Shown: one piece after another, positions 19,954 to 32,000 of the stretch
Layout of the letters: each line of letters opens with the position of its first letter
Position numbering within the stretch: position 1 is the first letter of the stretch
Position numbers and translations under genes: made by a program
Notes under the pieces: generated by a model
What the model saw: only the letters and a program-made list of their open reading frames with translations
Databases searched by the model: none
What the model was told of the DNA's origin: nothing
Assembly (NCBI RefSeq): GCF_000306885.1
Contig: NC_018267.1
Coordinates: 120,001-152,000, forward strand
Source of the DNA: Wolbachia endosymbiont of Onchocerca ochengi
GTDB lineage: Bacteria > Pseudomonadota > Alphaproteobacteria > Rickettsiales > Anaplasmataceae
Length of the DNA stretch: 32,000 nt
Direction: 5' to 3'

Positions 19954-20154
19954 ATGTTAAAGAGTTTAAGTAGTTTTTTTTATGATATAAAACAAGAAAT
20001 AAGAAAAGTTGCCTGGGCAAAAAAACAAGAGGTACTATCATCTTTATTTGTTGTAGCAGGTGTTATATTATGCTTTTCAGTTTTCTTTTGTTTAGTAGAT
20101 TTTATATCCCTCTACATAATTAAAGCCTTATTTGGAATTGTTTATGGAATATAA
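19954..20154 (+). CDS. secE: preprotein translocase subunit SecE
   Basis: 66 aa, IKQEIRKVAWAKKQEVLSSLFVVAGVILCFSVFFCLVDFI, in the expected position before nusG. Confidence 0.95.
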   Translation: MLKSLSSFFYDIKQEIRKVAWAKKQEVLSSLFVVAGVILCFSVFFCLVDFISLYIIKALFGIVYGI

Positions 20155-20974
20155 ATGGCACATCATTAAAATTAATTATGGGCATGAAAAACATATACGT
20201 GAGTTGGTAAGTAATACTCCTTATTTCAAAGAGGTGTTTATTCCTTATCAAACAACGCGCAGTTTAAAATCTGACATACAAGAATTATGTAAAATATATA
20301 TATATATGCATCTGTGTGATGAGAGTAAGAATATATTAAATCAAACATTAAAATGCTGCAGCAGCATAACTGATAATCTTGAAGCAGTTTCAGACGATGA
20401 AGTAAGTCTGAAGCATAGAGAATTCAATAAATACAAATGGTACATCTTAAGGGTTGTTTCTAATTATGAAGAGAAAGTATGCCAACACATATTAGAAAAC
20501 TCTATGAGATTAGGGGTTAGTAATTATTTTAAGGAAGTTTTTATTCCATATGAAGAACCAAATGAAGCAGAGTTAAGATCTAAAAAAACTGCTACACGAA
20601 AGAGGTGTTTTCCTGGTTATGTTTTTTTATATGTAAATTTGTGTGACGAAGTATTAAATTTTATCAATAATATACCAAAATCTCTTAAAGTTTATGGATT
20701 CTTAAAAAATGGTAACGTTCCCAAAGTAATTTCTGATGATGAGATTTACTTAATGTGTAATGCACTCTATAACGCTCAAGAGAAGAAAAAATCAAGTCAT
20801 GGTTATGAAAAAGGAGAAAAGGTAAAGATTAATGATGGCCTTTTTCAAAATTTTATTGGTAAAGTAGATATGATTAACAATGAGAAAAAAATTATCAATG
20901 TAGAAGTGTCAATTTTAGGTAAACCAACAATAATAGAGTTGGATTTAGCGCAAGTAGAGAAAGTAGAGAATTAG
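20144..20974 (+). CDS. nusG: transcription termination/antitermination factor NusG with an apparent duplicated NGN domain
   Basis: C-terminal KOW domain (YEKGEKVKINDGLFQNFIGKVDMINNEKKIINVEVSILGKPTIIELDLAQVEKVE) and an NGN domain with RKRCFPGYVFLYVNL. It lies between secE and rplK. The ATG at 20144 is preferred over the TTG at 20132. Confidence 0.92.
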   Translation: MEYKWHIIKINYGHEKHIRELVSNTPYFKEVFIPYQTTRSLKSDIQELCKIYIYMHLCDESKNILNQTLKCCSSITDNLEAVSDDEVSLKHREFNKYKWYILRVVSNYEEKVCQHILENSMRLGVSNYFKEVFIPYEEPNEAELRSKKTATRKRCFPGYVFLYVNLCDEVLNFINNIPKSLKVYGFLKNGNVPKVISDDEIYLMCNALYNAQEKKKSSHGYEKGEKVKINDGLFQNFIGKVDMINNEKKIINVEVSILGKPTIIELDLAQVEKVEN

Positions 20975-20976
20975 CT

Positions 20977-21417
20977 ATGAGTATTATAATTGCTAAGATT
21001 AACTTATTAATGGAAGCAGGAAAAGCAGTTCCAGGTCCAAGAATTGCTTCAGTACTTGGTCCACGTGGCATACCACTTCCTAAGTTTTGCGAGGCTTTTA
21101 ATAAAGCCACCAGTACAGCTGGTGCCAATTATAAGGTGGGTGATTTAGTAACAGTGCGAATTTCCGTAAAGGATGATCGCTCCCATGATTTTACCATCAG
21201 TGGCCCACCTGTGACTTATCTGCTAAAACAAGAAGCTAAATTAAATAAAGGTTCTCGTCAACCAGGTAAAGAATTGGTGGTCAAGTTGACTATATCTACT
21301 ATAATCAAAATAGCAAGATATAAAATGGTTGACATGAAAGTGGACAATGAAAACTCAGCAGTGAAAATGGTTATAGGCACTGCTAAATCTATGGGCATAG
21401 AAGTTATAGAAGGGTAA
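20977..21417 (+). CDS. rplK: 50S ribosomal protein L11
   Basis: [35 protein letters not shown]..., [10 protein letters not shown]. Confidence 0.98.
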   Translation: MSIIIAKINLLMEAGKAVPGPRIASVLGPRGIPLPKFCEAFNKATSTAGANYKVGDLVTVRISVKDDRSHDFTISGPPVTYLLKQEAKLNKGSRQPGKELVVKLTISTIIKIARYKMVDMKVDNENSAVKMVIGTAKSMGIEVIEG

Positions 21418-21421
21418 AAGT

Positions 21422-22081
21422 ATGGATACGCATTACAATAATCCTAAACAATGCTTAGAAAAGGTTATTGAATCTGCTTCGGCAAAGTTTAATGAATCAA
21501 TTGATATTACAGTCAATTTAGGTGTAGATTCACACAAATCTGAAGAACAGGTGCGTGGTACAGTAGTTTTGCCTAGAGGTACTGGAAAAAATATTAAAGT
21601 AGCTGTTTTTGTTCAAGGTAATCATTTATTAGAAGCTGAAAAAGTCAATGCTGATATTATAGGAGGAGAGGATTTAGTTGAAGAAATAAAAAAGGGTAGA
21701 AAGTTGAACGTTGACTGGTGTATTACCACTCCTGATTTTATAGCAAAGATTACTCCTATTGCAAAAATATTAAGTGCTAAAGGACTAATGCCTAATCCTA
21801 AATTTGGTACCGTAACTTCTAACATTGCAGAGACTATTAAAACTATTAAGTCTGGTCAAATAAAGTTTAGGACAGATAAAAATGGTATCATTCATGGTAA
21901 ATTAGGAAACACTAAGTTTAGCGTTGATGATTTACTAGAAAATTTGAAAGCTTTTCTTAAAGCAGTTAAAAATAATAAACCTGTGTCTGCGAAAGGGATA
22001 TATTTTAAGAACGTCTTTTTAAGTTCGACTATGGGTAAAGCTTATGAAATAAGCAAAGTGGAAGATATAGTTAGGGAGTAA
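21422..22081 (+). CDS. rplA: 50S ribosomal protein L1
   Basis: [60 protein letters not shown]. Confidence 0.98.
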   Translation: MDTHYNNPKQCLEKVIESASAKFNESIDITVNLGVDSHKSEEQVRGTVVLPRGTGKNIKVAVFVQGNHLLEAEKVNADIIGGEDLVEEIKKGRKLNVDWCITTPDFIAKITPIAKILSAKGLMPNPKFGTVTSNIAETIKTIKSGQIKFRTDKNGIIHGKLGNTKFSVDDLLENLKAFLKAVKNNKPVSAKGIYFKNVFLSSTMGKAYEISKVEDIVRE

Positions 22082-22085
22082 TACA

Positions 22086-23031
<946 letters not shown>

Positions 23032-23087
23032 GATGCTTATTTAAACATACTAATTCCATATTGATGCAGCATTTTTAGTTAGTTTGA

Positions 23088-31619
<8,532 letters not shown>

Positions 31620-31666
31620 ATAAACTACCAAGAATAGTGCTCAATTAGTACCTACAATTGTGCAGA

Positions 31667-31688
31667 TGCTACATGTGGCAGTTTTTTT
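31667..31688 (+). terminator. putative weak intrinsic terminator downstream of rpoBC
   Basis: TGCTA-CATG-TGGCA stem-loop (5 bp with one G-U) followed by GTTTTTTT, 48 bp after the rpoBC stop codon. Confidence 0.45.
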
Positions 31689-31733
31689 ATGTAGTTTCCG
31701 TTACCAAGCATTGAAGTGACAAAATTTACAGCT

Positions 31734-31782
31734 CTTGATTAAGTTTTTAGGTAAATTACTAAAAACCTTAATTTTAATCAAG
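31734..31782. repeat. imperfect inverted repeat downstream of rpoBC
   Basis: CTTGATTAAGTTTTTAGGTAA faces TTACTAAAAACCTTAATTTTAATCAAG; the arms match apart from small insertions. Confidence 0.4.
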
Positions 31783-32000
31783 TCTAATCAAACTTTATAA
31801 TAATAGTTTATTGCATGCCTCACACGGCTAAATCATTAATACTCTCTCAAACTTTACTGAATTGATAAACACAGTTTTAAAATGCTTACTGCTTAAATTC
31901 AAGTATACATCAATTTTTCTATTGTGAATACTAAATTTATAAACCACTGATATTCTTGCTCTTCTTTTTTATCCATAATTTAAAATTATCGTTTTAAGTA

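Noticed and set aside
20132-20143. Upstream TTG start for nusG overlapping secE
   Set aside because: The in-frame ATG at 20144 gives MEYKWHIIK, a natural NusG-like start; the TTG only adds four residues.

Overview
This window is AT-rich chromosomal DNA from a Wolbachia-like member of the Anaplasmataceae. The assignment rests on tandem VirB6-family T4SS genes, one continuous rpoB-rpoC fusion ORF, and the combined str/rif operon order. The left end holds the truncated end of one VirB6-family gene, a second 1067-aa VirB6-family lipoprotein, and a small acidic ORF. Next come rsmD, murD (minus strand), a 2Fe-2S ferredoxin, a hypothetical protein, ccmH, ddl and ftsQ. These are separated by three long regions without intact ORFs (about 6.15-7.47, 10.7-12.37 and 14.06-15.71 kb). 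The right half is a compact + strand operon: rpsL-rpsG-fusA-tuf-tRNA-Trp-secE-nusG-rplK-rplA-rplJ-rplL-rpoBC. Four observations stand out: (1) a decayed recO on the minus strand at about 14.66-15.38 kb, spanning the full gene length and rebuilt from shifted frames; (2) an apparent internal duplication of the NGN domain in NusG; (3) S12 carrying Arg at the streptomycin-resistance lysine position; (4) a CxxCxxCxxC cluster in the VirB6-family lipoprotein. I found no CRISPR array, no intact mobile element, and no convincing new defence, toxin or other novel system. All identifications come from reading sequence and recalled family features, without database searches.
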